DNA from: Hyphochytrium catenoides
Lineage: Eukaryota; Protista; Hyphochytriomycota
Direction: 5' to 3'
Length of the DNA: 42,492 bases
NCBI GenBank assembly: GCA_900088475.1
Contig: FLMG01001331.1
Span: forward strand, 1 to 42,492
Part shown: in pieces, positions 23,633-33,981 of the stretch
Numbering within the stretch: position 1 is the stretch's first letter
Layout of the letters: the number at the start of each line of letters is the position of its first letter
Position numbers and translations under genes: made by a program
The notes under the pieces: model-generated
Seen by the model: the letters and a program-made list of their open reading frames with translations, nothing else
Database searches by the model: none
Told to the model about the DNA's origin: nothing

Positions 23633-25495
23633 CGTTACCGTCGGGGTGAGGGAGGGGCCAGTTCAGCTTTGACGCAAAGGATGATAAAGAGCGATGACCG
23701 GGGCACAGCCGGTATAGCATCACCGGCTTCGGTGTAACATTATGATGCACAATGAAGACTTTGTGGACATCACAGCAGTCCTTGCCTCGTCTTCTGCCAC
23801 AGAGGAACATACGTCCTTATTGATCATTCTTCTTCTCCTGGACCCAACATTGCTCTCTCTCCATGAGTCGCGCAGGACTCAAAGTATCATAACGTTGTCT
23901 GTCAGGTCGTGTGACACGCTATTCAATCAAAAGGTCTGTCGACGCCAGGAAGAAAGAGTTGCACTCCTCCGTCCCAGCTCTCATTAGGGGCCCAAACGAA
24001 CAATACTCGCTACCGCCTTTCTTGGCATTCCCCGTTAGTTTCAGTGTCTTCTTGGAAAGACTTAAGACTAGGGCCTTGTAACGAACGAACCAGATATCAG
24101 CATCAGCGCACCGACTGCCTTCAAGGGAGCAAGGAGGCAATCTCTTCCACGTGCCTGCTATCACCCAGGGCATTTCAGCCGGCAGAATAGCAGGAGAAGC
24201 CCTCTTTTTCCTTATGCCGACGGAAGACTCGTAGAAGGAGGAAACGGCATTTGTTGGACTTCGTTCGTCCACTGAGTCTAGTTTAAAGACTTTGTTGCCA
24301 AGCTCTTCTCCTAATGCTAACCTGGGTGTGGCCGATGCCCTCTCTTTCACGTCTGAGAGCATCCTTTATACAGCAAGAACTCATCTGCATTGTCCCATGA
24401 CTTATTGTTGGTCGACTGTAACCACTCCTTTGATGGGGCTTTTCCTGATGCGTAACGGTCATGCCGCCATCCCAACAGGCTCATCAGTGCTGCTATCTCA
24501 GCTACTAAGTGCTGGCTAGTCATTTGCTAACTCTTATCTTTGAAACCAACTGCATTGAGGGAGACACAGCGACGGCTCAGGCTTTCTTGTGCCAAGAGCA
24601 ATATCGGGCCTTGTGTGCTCCTGCAAGGCACTCCTCTGAATAAACAGTCGACAGCTATCATCATCTTCTTTAGTATTGTCATAGGCCGGCAGGAGGACGA
24701 GAGCTGGACAGCTGTGCCGTGGGCACCTGTACCTCTCATACCCTAGGACCTCCTGCTGCTTTCCACCGTCCCAAAGCGTCTCATGGTCAGACAGTTGAAC
24801 GCAATGACTCCGTTTACCACCCATCTCTTCCCGTAGAAGCACGCGATGGCCATTATAATCACCGTTGCACCACGTTAGACAGAAGCTTCTTCTACTACTA
24901 GTAGTAGAGAAATAGAAGCAGAAACGGATGTATGGGAGCTCAGGGTTTTTGCGATGTTCTCCTACTGCCAGTGCACTGACCGATCGAGCCAAACGCCCAA
25001 ACAGAAAGCCCTCCCTCCTTACGAAGTCATTGCTCCATCATATTGCCGGCGTAGCTTTCCAATGTGACCGTAGAAGCAGAGCTAGATGATCATCATGACA
25101 GGCGGAAAGGTAGACCATGACAACCAGATGGCAACAACGTTAACGATCGGAGTGCTAGCCACCAATGAGAGATGTGTCTAGGGCATCATTAATTACGCTT
25201 GGTAAGAGCAGGACCTATATCATAGCAAGCCCTCCTTACTGCCGCGCAGGAGACTCAGGCAGGAGGGCAAAGTTTAGCAGTACAGTTCACGAATGAGTTA
25301 ACTATATAAAAAGCTGGTGGACGTCAAGCAGCACTCAGCAGAGAGCGCTTGCGAGGCCGATCCGGGACAAGATGTTGTCGTCAGTTGATGACAATCTTCT
25401 GACAAGTAAGTCATTGTAAGTATAAGAAGTACATACAGTCAATTATTCGTCGCTGTTTCTACTCCTACGACATTGGACTGAGAACCTTGACGGCG

Positions 25496-28036
25496 TCATC
25501 GCCTTCTTCGAGGCCTTGCGGGAATGGCGTAGGATACATAGCCAGTGAGGAAGTAGAGGACAGTTCCTTCCACGGGATCTCCCGGCAATGGCCGCTCCGT
25601 CGCGACATTGAACTGGTCGTCTGAAGTAGGGGAACCTGATGAGGTGGAAGACTGACCTCCGGATACTGACCTAGTGGTAGGTGTGGAACCGATGACTGGG
25701 CGATGGGCAGAGGCGATAAGCAGATGGTACAGAAATGGAAAAGAAAGGATGATGATACTTGTAAGCCTTGCGATGATGAAGCTATCCGTGCTGAAGTCCA
25801 ACGTGGTATCGCCACCTTCGTCCTTTCCAAGTGCTGTCTGCACCCCTTCTTCTACTCCTATCTCCAGATACTTGGTGACGTGAAGAATCGTCCTAAACTT
25901 AAGGTGTAGGCTTTCGACATAGTAAAAGAGGTTATAGAGGAACCAGCACTGCGTGGCCAGGAGTGGGAGGAGGACTCCTAAACCCAGCAAAGTCTTTGTG
26001 ATAACGGCTGGACGTGTCAAGGAAACATTGCCTTCTCGCTTTTGACCGCGTTTCTTCCATAACGGCAGCATGGAGTCGCTCAAGAGACAGGCTGTGTACA
26101 TGAAACACCAAGCCAAAATGATGAGACACCGCTCATCATACTGAAAAGCATCCGATAAGGAGAGCAGCGCACTAACGCACTGTCCAAAGAGGAACCAGAA
26201 GTCGAAGGATGACCGGCAAAGTAAGCGTAGAATATGCAAGTTCCAAGTGGAGGATAGATAAAGGAAAGACACCAAGTTCCATACGAAGGTGGTGATGCAT
26301 AATGCCTTCAACTTGTCTACGTGGCTAGAGCTTTGCTGCTGACGTTGAGCGTCCCTCGCTTTATAGCTAAAGGAAAGCGCCGTCGGTATCAGCAGGACAC
26401 CAGCAACGAGTGAGACGCGGACTGCCCACAGCTTTAGCCTCTTGGCAACCTGTTGAGCGTCTGTAACATCCCTTGTGATCCATTTCCTGGTCCTATCAAC
26501 CCCATTTTCTCCTCTATCTATTGAGTCTCCACCGATCCTGTGTAGGAATCCTAACCCTGCACTGGCAGCATCCAGAAGGGAGCGCTCACTCTCTATGCGC
26601 GAGTACTCTGGCAGAGTTATGATGAGGGGCACGCGGCCGTTGAATACGGGTGAATTGTTCCTTTCATCGTCCTGGTGCCGCAGGATGGGCACAACGGCCC
26701 TTGAGCTAAGAGGCTTTCCGCCAGCTTCTACCTGCTGCAGAACTAAGGGCCAACGGATTTGTAGACAGGCAAGCTTCTTCATCGTGGCGGTACCACCACG
26801 ACTGCTAATGGCTGATTGGTGATGAGTACCATCCTCCCTCTTTACGCGTCGCCAGATGGAACGGCCACCCTGGACAAGGTGGGGGATGAAGTAGATGATG
26901 AGAGTGGCCGCGGAGTGGATAACGATATCTTCTCCGCTGAGATAGCGAGAACCGAGTGGCCACCTTAGCACCTTTCCGCCCTTGAAGACCTTCAGAGCCA
27001 TGCTAGCCGCGACAGTGCACACAAGCAGGGTTCCAAAGAACCATGATACAAAGGCACCGGCACTCGATCTAAGACGATAATGCCAGCTATTCTCAATAGG
27101 CCCACCTAGCACTCCAGTGATGGCTGTGCTGACAGAAAGGAAGACTCCACGAGTGCCGCCGAGGAGAACACCGACCGTGGCCCAGAGAACAAGCATAAGA
27201 ACGGTGATTATCCAGAACTCTGCGTTCTTGGCTACTTTCCCTAAGAGTCGAATGTTCAGTCCCAGCACCATGAGAAGATTTGCTGGCAAAGCTCCAACCA
27301 AGGCGAGGATAGATAGCGGTGTACCGAGCTTCTCGTCTAAAAGGAGTGTGGCACAAGTAGCGAGCAGCGACGCATCAAAGCATCGCCGAACGATAAAGCC
27401 AAGGCCCTTCGTAGCCCAAGCAAGGAACCGTAGGTAAGCCTGATGGGCCCGGGTCCCAAAGACCAACTGGCACAAAGATGCGTTGAAATCCACGACTATT
27501 GTCTGTCGCTGTCTTTCCTCCTCTGTGGACCATAAAGGCACCAGCTCCCAGTGGCCACTTTGCTGGTGACCTTCTTTCTCTTCTACGTTAGCAAGCGAGG
27601 TTCTCCCGTTGACAGCCCTACTGCTTCTTACTCTAATTGGCAGGGATCTCTCCGCCGCTGGGTTTGTGCCTCTCTTCTGCGAGGAGCCAATGCAGCCAGA
27701 AGATTGCGGATGTTCTCCAGGGCTCTTGATGACCATCTCTTCTTCCGATGTTGTTGCTGCACCAGGTAATAGCAGGGAATTAACATTCGGCCCATCTCTC
27801 TTTGGCGGAATACTTGCCGAAGCATTTTCTCTTCTAGGAGCGCCATTGCCACTACTCATGGTGCTTTGAGTCGTACTGATGGCGTCTTTCTCTCGGGTAG
27901 AGGACAGTCCTTGGACTGAGACTATCACGAAGGGCGAGGTTGAGCCCTCACTCATTATCCCTCCTCGCTTGCCGCCGAGAGAATCTCCGTCCATGTCTAG
28001 GAAGGGCAGAGCGCCGAAGGCTAAGCTACTCCTCAT
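25496..28036 (-). CDS. Uncharacterised ~12-TM membrane protein, array paralogue 3 (846 aa, intronless)
   Basis: Uninterrupted ORF with the same motif series (VPLWSTEEE, DFNASLCQLVFG, GSRYLSGED, SSFDFWFLFGQ, YDERC, STDSFIIARLTS, LYFLTGYVSY). Confidence 0.9.
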   Translation of the reverse strand: MRSSLAFGALPFLDMDGDSLGGKRGGIMSEGSTSPFVIVSVQGLSSTREKDAISTTQSTMSSGNGAPRRENASASIPPKRDGPNVNSLLLPGAATTSEEEMVIKSPGEHPQSSGCIGSSQKRGTNPAAERSLPIRVRSSRAVNGRTSLANVEEKEGHQQSGHWELVPLWSTEEERQRQTIVVDFNASLCQLVFGTRAHQAYLRFLAWATKGLGFIVRRCFDASLLATCATLLLDEKLGTPLSILALVGALPANLLMVLGLNIRLLGKVAKNAEFWIITVLMLVLWATVGVLLGGTRGVFLSVSTAITGVLGGPIENSWHYRLRSSAGAFVSWFFGTLLVCTVAASMALKVFKGGKVLRWPLGSRYLSGEDIVIHSAATLIIYFIPHLVQGGRSIWRRVKREDGTHHQSAISSRGGTATMKKLACLQIRWPLVLQQVEAGGKPLSSRAVVPILRHQDDERNNSPVFNGRVPLIITLPEYSRIESERSLLDAASAGLGFLHRIGGDSIDRGENGVDRTRKWITRDVTDAQQVAKRLKLWAVRVSLVAGVLLIPTALSFSYKARDAQRQQQSSSHVDKLKALCITTFVWNLVSFLYLSSTWNLHILRLLCRSSFDFWFLFGQCVSALLSLSDAFQYDERCLIILAWCFMYTACLLSDSMLPLWKKRGQKREGNVSLTRPAVITKTLLGLGVLLPLLATQCWFLYNLFYYVESLHLKFRTILHVTKYLEIGVEEGVQTALGKDEGGDTTLDFSTDSFIIARLTSIIILSFPFLYHLLIASAHRPVIGSTPTTRSVSGGQSSTSSGSPTSDDQFNVATERPLPGDPVEGTVLYFLTGYVSYAIPARPRRRR

Positions 28037-29656
28037 TCATCGTAATCTGCTACCAACAAGACGCCCAGCCGCAGAACGGAGGGACCACACCCTCATCATG
28101 AAAGAAGGAAGCAGAAGGCCATATATATGAAGAGTGCTTGTGGTCAAAAGGGCCGTTGAGCTTGCACTAGGACTAGAGAAGAAGAACAGCAGGATCTGAT
28201 GGATGGCACACCCGCTGAGCACCGGCCATTTCGTGTCAGCTTACTCTTTGAGAGGAGAGTGCTTCTCTATCAAACGACAACGCTGCGCCTGTTGACATTC
28301 ATGACGACTAAGGCAAGGGCGGGCGTTCCCGGTGTTTCTCTCTCTTCAGCTTCGCAGCAAACAACCACGCGCTGCTGGCAACTGCTTCTGCCGCCCATCT
28401 TCTTTGAAGCCCTGGAGCCGGAGACCTCTTAATGTTCTCATCCTCCTTCTTCGTATTCCTTCTCTCCCTAATGGTAACCTCTGCTGCTCCGTCCTTCAAG
28501 GTCAGGTTAACAGTTCCTGGAGCATTTTATAAAAAAGTGGAACACAGAGAGGCGATCTGGGAGCGGCTAACCGTACAGTGCGATGTAACGGGCTTCCATC
28601 ACTGAAAGTGGTTATGCTACTGGGCAACCTTTATCGCTGGCTCTCTTGACCTGCAAATGTTCCTCACGGAAAGAAAGACCACGAGACAGGCAAGGGTCCT
28701 GCCGAGCGCGAAAGTCGAAAAGTGAAACATCATTCATAGCCATTTTGGCCAGCAGGGATCACGAAGGCAGAACGTAGGTGGACGTAATAGTAGGAGAGGT
28801 TGAGGCTGCAGGCGATCAAGGAGTGAAGCAGGCAGCAGGCGACCATGATGATCCTGAAAGCTCTCAATAATTGACAGAAACATGACCACGAAAAGGAGAC
28901 GAAGAGACAGGAAGCTGGCTTCCCAAACGTAGCCAGAGAAGGATCGAAGAGGAACGTAGAACCCGTGACCTGTTACTGATGCCAGCAGGGCTCAAGCCAT
29001 GACCAACATTGAGCTACTCACAGAGGATTCTAACCACCGGCCTCATAATGCCGTTCATAATGCTGGTGTAGTTCCGCACCCACTACAGCGTGCCGCCCCA
29101 GTCACGTGCTCTACCTAGCCAGCGGCCAATGATACATGCGACTGGCAGTGTGAAGGCTGCTTCCGAAGAAGGAAAAGGATATGAGGCGCTGTAACACTGA
29201 ATGCTCTTGCTACACAGCTAGCAGTTCTTTCCTAGGGATGCACAAACCTTTCAAGCATAAGCTAAGAAGATTCATCGACTGTTTCACTAATGCCTGGGTA
29301 AGGTTAGAGAGCGAAGAGCAGGAAGGCTCGGCCGTACCGCCTTTGCCACTTCACCTCCGCAGTCCGCCTCATGCGGGATCAAGTAAATGGTCGTCGGTGC
29401 CGGGAGTTTAGCCAAAGCAGGCAGCACTTTCTCGCTAAGTCTAATACATTACCTTGACTTCGATTGGCTCTATTCTATAATTAACTGTGTATCAAAGGAT
29501 GGGAAGTGGTAGCCTGGGGATGATAGACATACGACCACTAGCAGGGGAAAGTGGGCTCTATTCTCTTTCGGCGATAAGGTGGAGATTCATGTTACCGCTC
29601 AGACTCTTCCTCCAATTGAGGGTTGCGGATCTTTGTTTTCTACCGATCATGGCACG

Positions 29657-32284
29657 TTAACTCCTTCTTCCTCCGCGCCTCTTGCCTTTAGCTAGGACTC
29701 GATAGGATACTGAGCCGGTTAAGAAGTAGAGCAAGGTGCTACTTTGTGGGACTGATGACGTCCTCTTTCCCTGTAAAGTCCTGGCCCAGTTGTGAGAGCA
29801 AGAGACGACGGCTAGATGGTAGAGTAGCGGGAGGGAGAAGACTATTATAGATGTCAATCTCGCGATGATGAAGCTATCTGTGCTATAGTCCACATCACTG
29901 ATGTCATCTCTGCCATTTGCCAATGAGTCCTCCGTTTTGGCAGCTCCCATCTCTAAGTACCTTCTGATATGAAAGATAGTCCTGAACCGCAGATTGAGGC
30001 TATCGATCCCGTAAAACAGTTCGTAGAGAAACCAAGCCTTGGTGAACATAAGAGGAAGTAGTACACCCACTCCAAGAAGGTGTTTGGATATTGCTTGCTG
30101 AGCCACGCAAGGTCTTCTTTTGCTGTCCTTGCAAGCTGTAGGCGGAACCATGCAATCAGTGAGAAGACAGGATATAAAGAGCAAACACCAAGCTAGGAGG
30201 GGTAGACAACGCTCGTCGTACTGAAAGGCATCCGCTATGGAAAGCAGCGCACAAACCGACTGGCCGACGAGGAACCAGAAGTCAAAAGAAAACTTCAAGA
30301 CCAAGCGCAGGAGCTGATAGTTCCACAAACTGGAGAGATAGAGTACGACGACCATATTCCAAAGCAGAACAGTAGCGGAGATAGCAGGTGATAGCCACTG
30401 TAGAGAAGAAGATTGTGGCGCGGCCCTTCGTGCCCATGCTACATAATAACATGCTGGGATCATCATGACTCCGGCAAGTATGAGAGACTGGACTGCCACC
30501 CGATATAGCGGACTCGGGGTTCCACACGAGACACCGCACCCCGACATTAGAAGATGGGGCTTGATGATAGGCCTCCTTGGCGGCCCCAACCGATCCTTAC
30601 GCTGTCTTCCTTGATCGAAGGAAGTCCCAACATCTTTTGACGGATGCTCTGGTGACTCTGGGACAATCAGGGCTGATCCTTGCATATTCCAGTTGCGACC
30701 CGCTCGGAGGCATAGAAGAAAGTGACTGAACCGGTTGGATAGCTTGGCGCTTACAAAAGCGAAGAAGGAACGGTCACTTTCCAGTTGAGTAGGCTTGGGT
30801 GGCACTATAATCAAGGGGACCAAGAGCTCGGGAGTGCTTTGCTTGCGTTGTTTAACCGGGTCGGGTCGGCTGTTCGCAGCAATGGTGGAAGGAGTTGAAC
30901 CACCAAGTCGACCTTCCACTCTTTGCAAGAGGAGTGGCCATTTGATATCTGAGCATGGGAGTACTCTCAATCTACGCCCTTCTCCCCCTCCAGCCGCCAC
31001 TGGAGGAAGAGGAGGCTCTGGTTGACTGGATTGGGGCTTTCTAAATCGTCGCCACATCGAGCGACTGCTCCTGACAAACTGAGGAAACAAATAGATGGCT
31101 ATAGTGGCGGCAGAATGTATGACAATATCCTCGCCACTCAGATAGCGAGAACCCAGAGGCCATCTGAGAACGTTGCCCCCTCTGAACACTCCGAGTCCAA
31201 CACTTCCAGCCAGAACTAGACAGAGCAAGATACCAACCAAGAAAGAGAAGAAGACGCCAACCCCAGACCTGAAACTACAGTGCCAGCTGTTCTCCATCGG
31301 CCCACCTAGCACACCCGTGAAGGCTGTTCCCGCTGAAAGAAACACGCCACGCCAGCCGCCCAGCATAAATCCTACTACTGTCCATAGTAGAAGCATCAGG
31401 AGAGTTACTGTTAAAATCTCAGCATTGTTAGCGACCTTCCTTAGCAATGGCGGATTTAAACCGAGAAGCAGGAGCATGTTGGCGGGTAGGGCGCCTAGCA
31501 GAGCCACGACGGAGAGCGGTGTTCCCAGTCTCTCTCCTACTACTAATGTCAAGCAGGACGCCAGTAGGGCAACGTCATGCAAGAAGCGAAAGACATAACC
31601 CAAACCAAGTCTCCCGCTCCATGCCACAAAAGCCAAAAAAGCTCGATGTCCCTTCTGCCCAAAGAGGATCCGACAGAGAGATGTGTTAAAGTCGACTATC
31701 ATTGTTTGAGAGTGCTCTTCCTCCTCGTTGGACCACAGAGGGGCAAGTTCCCAGTAGTAGCAAATGGAGTCCTTCTCATGCTTGCTACTGTCCTGTTCAC
31801 CAGTCCTTTCCTTTGCTGCTGGCAGCACCACTTCACCTGCCAGACCAGTCCCCGTTATGGTCCCACCCCCACAAGAGCCTGGAATATCTTCCACTTCCTC
31901 TGACATCGCCTGCTCTCTTTCCTCAGATTGATAATCTGCCAGTAAGTCCGCCTCCCGCTCATGTCTAAGAGACGACCCTTGCCAAGTGAGTCCTGAGCCA
32001 GCCGAATGTAGAGAGTCATCAGCCGAGCCAGGAAGCAGCTGTCGATGGGATGGGCCATGGTGTTTGCGAATCATTACATTATCTTGCGTCTTCTCTTGTG
32101 CCTCTGGAGATTCAATAGATGGTGACTGTTGGCAGCGGCAGGAAGGCGAAAGGGCCGAATCCTTAACCCAGAGAGGAGTAAGAGGAGCCTGAGAGAGAGA
32201 GGATATGCACACCTGATTGTTACATGTCTCCGAGCTCCCATCTCTTTCCCGCTCCTTCTCCACCTGCTTAGTAGTGCTCTCCAT
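29657..32284 (-). CDS. Uncharacterised ~12-TM membrane protein, array paralogue 4 (~875 aa, intronless)
   Basis: Uninterrupted ORF. The first ATG is at 32284 (the track start at 32302 is a TTG). Same motif series (APLWSNEEE, DFNTSLCRILFG, GSRYLSGED, SFDFWFLVGQ, YDERC, STDSFIIARLTS, LYFLTGSVSY). Confidence 0.9.
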   Translation of the reverse strand: MESTTKQVEKERERDGSSETCNNQVCISSLSQAPLTPLWVKDSALSPSCRCQQSPSIESPEAQEKTQDNVMIRKHHGPSHRQLLPGSADDSLHSAGSGLTWQGSSLRHEREADLLADYQSEEREQAMSEEVEDIPGSCGGGTITGTGLAGEVVLPAAKERTGEQDSSKHEKDSICYYWELAPLWSNEEEEHSQTMIVDFNTSLCRILFGQKGHRAFLAFVAWSGRLGLGYVFRFLHDVALLASCLTLVVGERLGTPLSVVALLGALPANMLLLLGLNPPLLRKVANNAEILTVTLLMLLLWTVVGFMLGGWRGVFLSAGTAFTGVLGGPMENSWHCSFRSGVGVFFSFLVGILLCLVLAGSVGLGVFRGGNVLRWPLGSRYLSGEDIVIHSAATIAIYLFPQFVRSSRSMWRRFRKPQSSQPEPPLPPVAAGGGEGRRLRVLPCSDIKWPLLLQRVEGRLGGSTPSTIAANSRPDPVKQRKQSTPELLVPLIIVPPKPTQLESDRSFFAFVSAKLSNRFSHFLLCLRAGRNWNMQGSALIVPESPEHPSKDVGTSFDQGRQRKDRLGPPRRPIIKPHLLMSGCGVSCGTPSPLYRVAVQSLILAGVMMIPACYYVAWARRAAPQSSSLQWLSPAISATVLLWNMVVVLYLSSLWNYQLLRLVLKFSFDFWFLVGQSVCALLSIADAFQYDERCLPLLAWCLLFISCLLTDCMVPPTACKDSKRRPCVAQQAISKHLLGVGVLLPLMFTKAWFLYELFYGIDSLNLRFRTIFHIRRYLEMGAAKTEDSLANGRDDISDVDYSTDSFIIARLTSIIVFSLPLLYHLAVVSCSHNWARTLQGKRTSSVPQSSTLLYFLTGSVSYRVLAKGKRRGGRRS

Positions 32285-33329
32285 GCACTCTTCCTTTTCC
32301 AAGATGCCTCTTCGATACCGATGGAGGCGCGGCCACCACCATCATCACGCCGCTCTCCAGATCTCTTGCAAAGGGTGCTTTGCCCTCATAAGACTAACGA
32401 CCAGAGTCAAATGCATTGTGCATTGTGAAGTGGCCCTGCTGACTGCTGCTGCTTTGAAGTGGTGCTTAGAGTATCATTCCAAGGGCAAGCCTCGGGGGCT
32501 GGTGGCTAAGCTTTATTCGTTAGCTCTGCCGCACACCTTATAATCTGTTGGCAAAAGACAGCTTTTATCATCATCACCATCAGCGAGGTGCACCTCCAGA
32601 ATGCTAAGCTCAAGAAATAAGATTAGAGAGTCCCTCCTCCACAATGGCCTTGTCTTTCCTTGTCAGCAGGTGACTGCAGAAGATGATGGGCTAGAGGCGG
32701 GAAGAGAGCAGATAAATGGCCAGTGGTACCTCTTGAATCCTCCCATTCCTTCCACCATCTTTCTTCCTTAATAGCTTCTGCCATCTCTTCTGCTGCTTTT
32801 ACTTGCTGACTTCACGTGGGCCCTTCTCCTTCTTCCCACACCTGGTCCTTCGGTAGGCTTGCGTCACCGTCTCTGCTCCGCTCGTGCTCTTCTACTGCTA
32901 TCATCCTATTGAGCTTACACATCCCATCATCTTACTCCTCTCCTGCATCACTCTAGAGCGGCAGTGTAATGTGCCCTTGGCAGCTTGTACTTCTTCCTTC
33001 GCTTCTGGCGCTTCCCCTTGTGGTCTTCGCCAGCGTTGTACCCTCAAGCTACGGACAGGGAAGGGCGCTACACTTAGCTGCTAACGAGCGATTTTGGTGT
33101 AACGGTCCATTGGGTCTCAGCCTGATCTGTGGCCTCATCTGCCGCTTCTCATCAGTAGAATGAGACCCTCGGTCTGGTAGGGCTCATGCCTGAGGAGAGG
33201 GCTCATACTCTTCTCTAGCTCTGCCCTGTCTTGTCCTATTGCAGTGTCTCTCTCTTCCTTCTATCCTGGTTCTTATCTCCTTTTAACTTTCCCTCTGTCA
33301 GATGACCGCTGCCTGCAGCAGAAGATTGC

Positions 33330-33600
33330 ATTTTGAGCTGAGTCCAACGATTGGCATCAATGCATTGAGTTTTGTCCAATGTAGAGAAATTGCACTGCAC
33401 GGGTCAAAGGTCAGTGTCCCCGTTGAATGAGCTATCAGCCTTTTGAGGGCGCATTAAGGGTTCAGGTAGACAGTGAGCTCCATCATATCGCTTGAGTCTT
33501 GCTATTAAACATGGGGGAACGGTGGAACCTTGCTCTGAACTTCTCAGCATCAAGCAAATCTATCTTCTTCGCCGTCCAGCGCCCTTCTGCTCTAACTAGC
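33330..33600 (-). pseudogene. Possible Myb/SANT-like (trihelix) domain relic
   Basis: GRWTAKKIDLL..F..NSKTQAI*WSSLS followed in another frame by KTQCIDANRWTQLK resembles the three-Trp Myb/SANT-like pattern. Stops and frameshifts are present, and the W2-W3 spacing is too long. Confidence 0.25.
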
Positions 33601-33981
33601 ATACGTTCCTCCTCAAGGTGTCCTTGAGCTTTTGAGCAGCTCAACTTCCTGACTTTGAAAGATTAGTCATCATCAGCCTCTCTAGTACAAAAAGAAGTGC
33701 GACTCAGAGCTAATATGCTTTCTCTCTTCTCCTCTCTTCTACAGATGACAATTCTTCCGGTCTTTCAGCAGTAGCTGCACTCCGGTTGTTAAACATGTAG
33801 CTAATCATGGCTGATGCATCACAGCGGTCGACCAAGGTAGAACTATTAACCTGTTGGCGTGGGGCTTGCCTGTTGCTCTTAGGGTTAGTCCCTAAGCAGA
33901 GGTCGACTAGGTTACACTAATCCTTGTCTCACGCTCCTCAAGATATAGCAACCTTGAATGGTGCCTGATTACCACCTGCTC

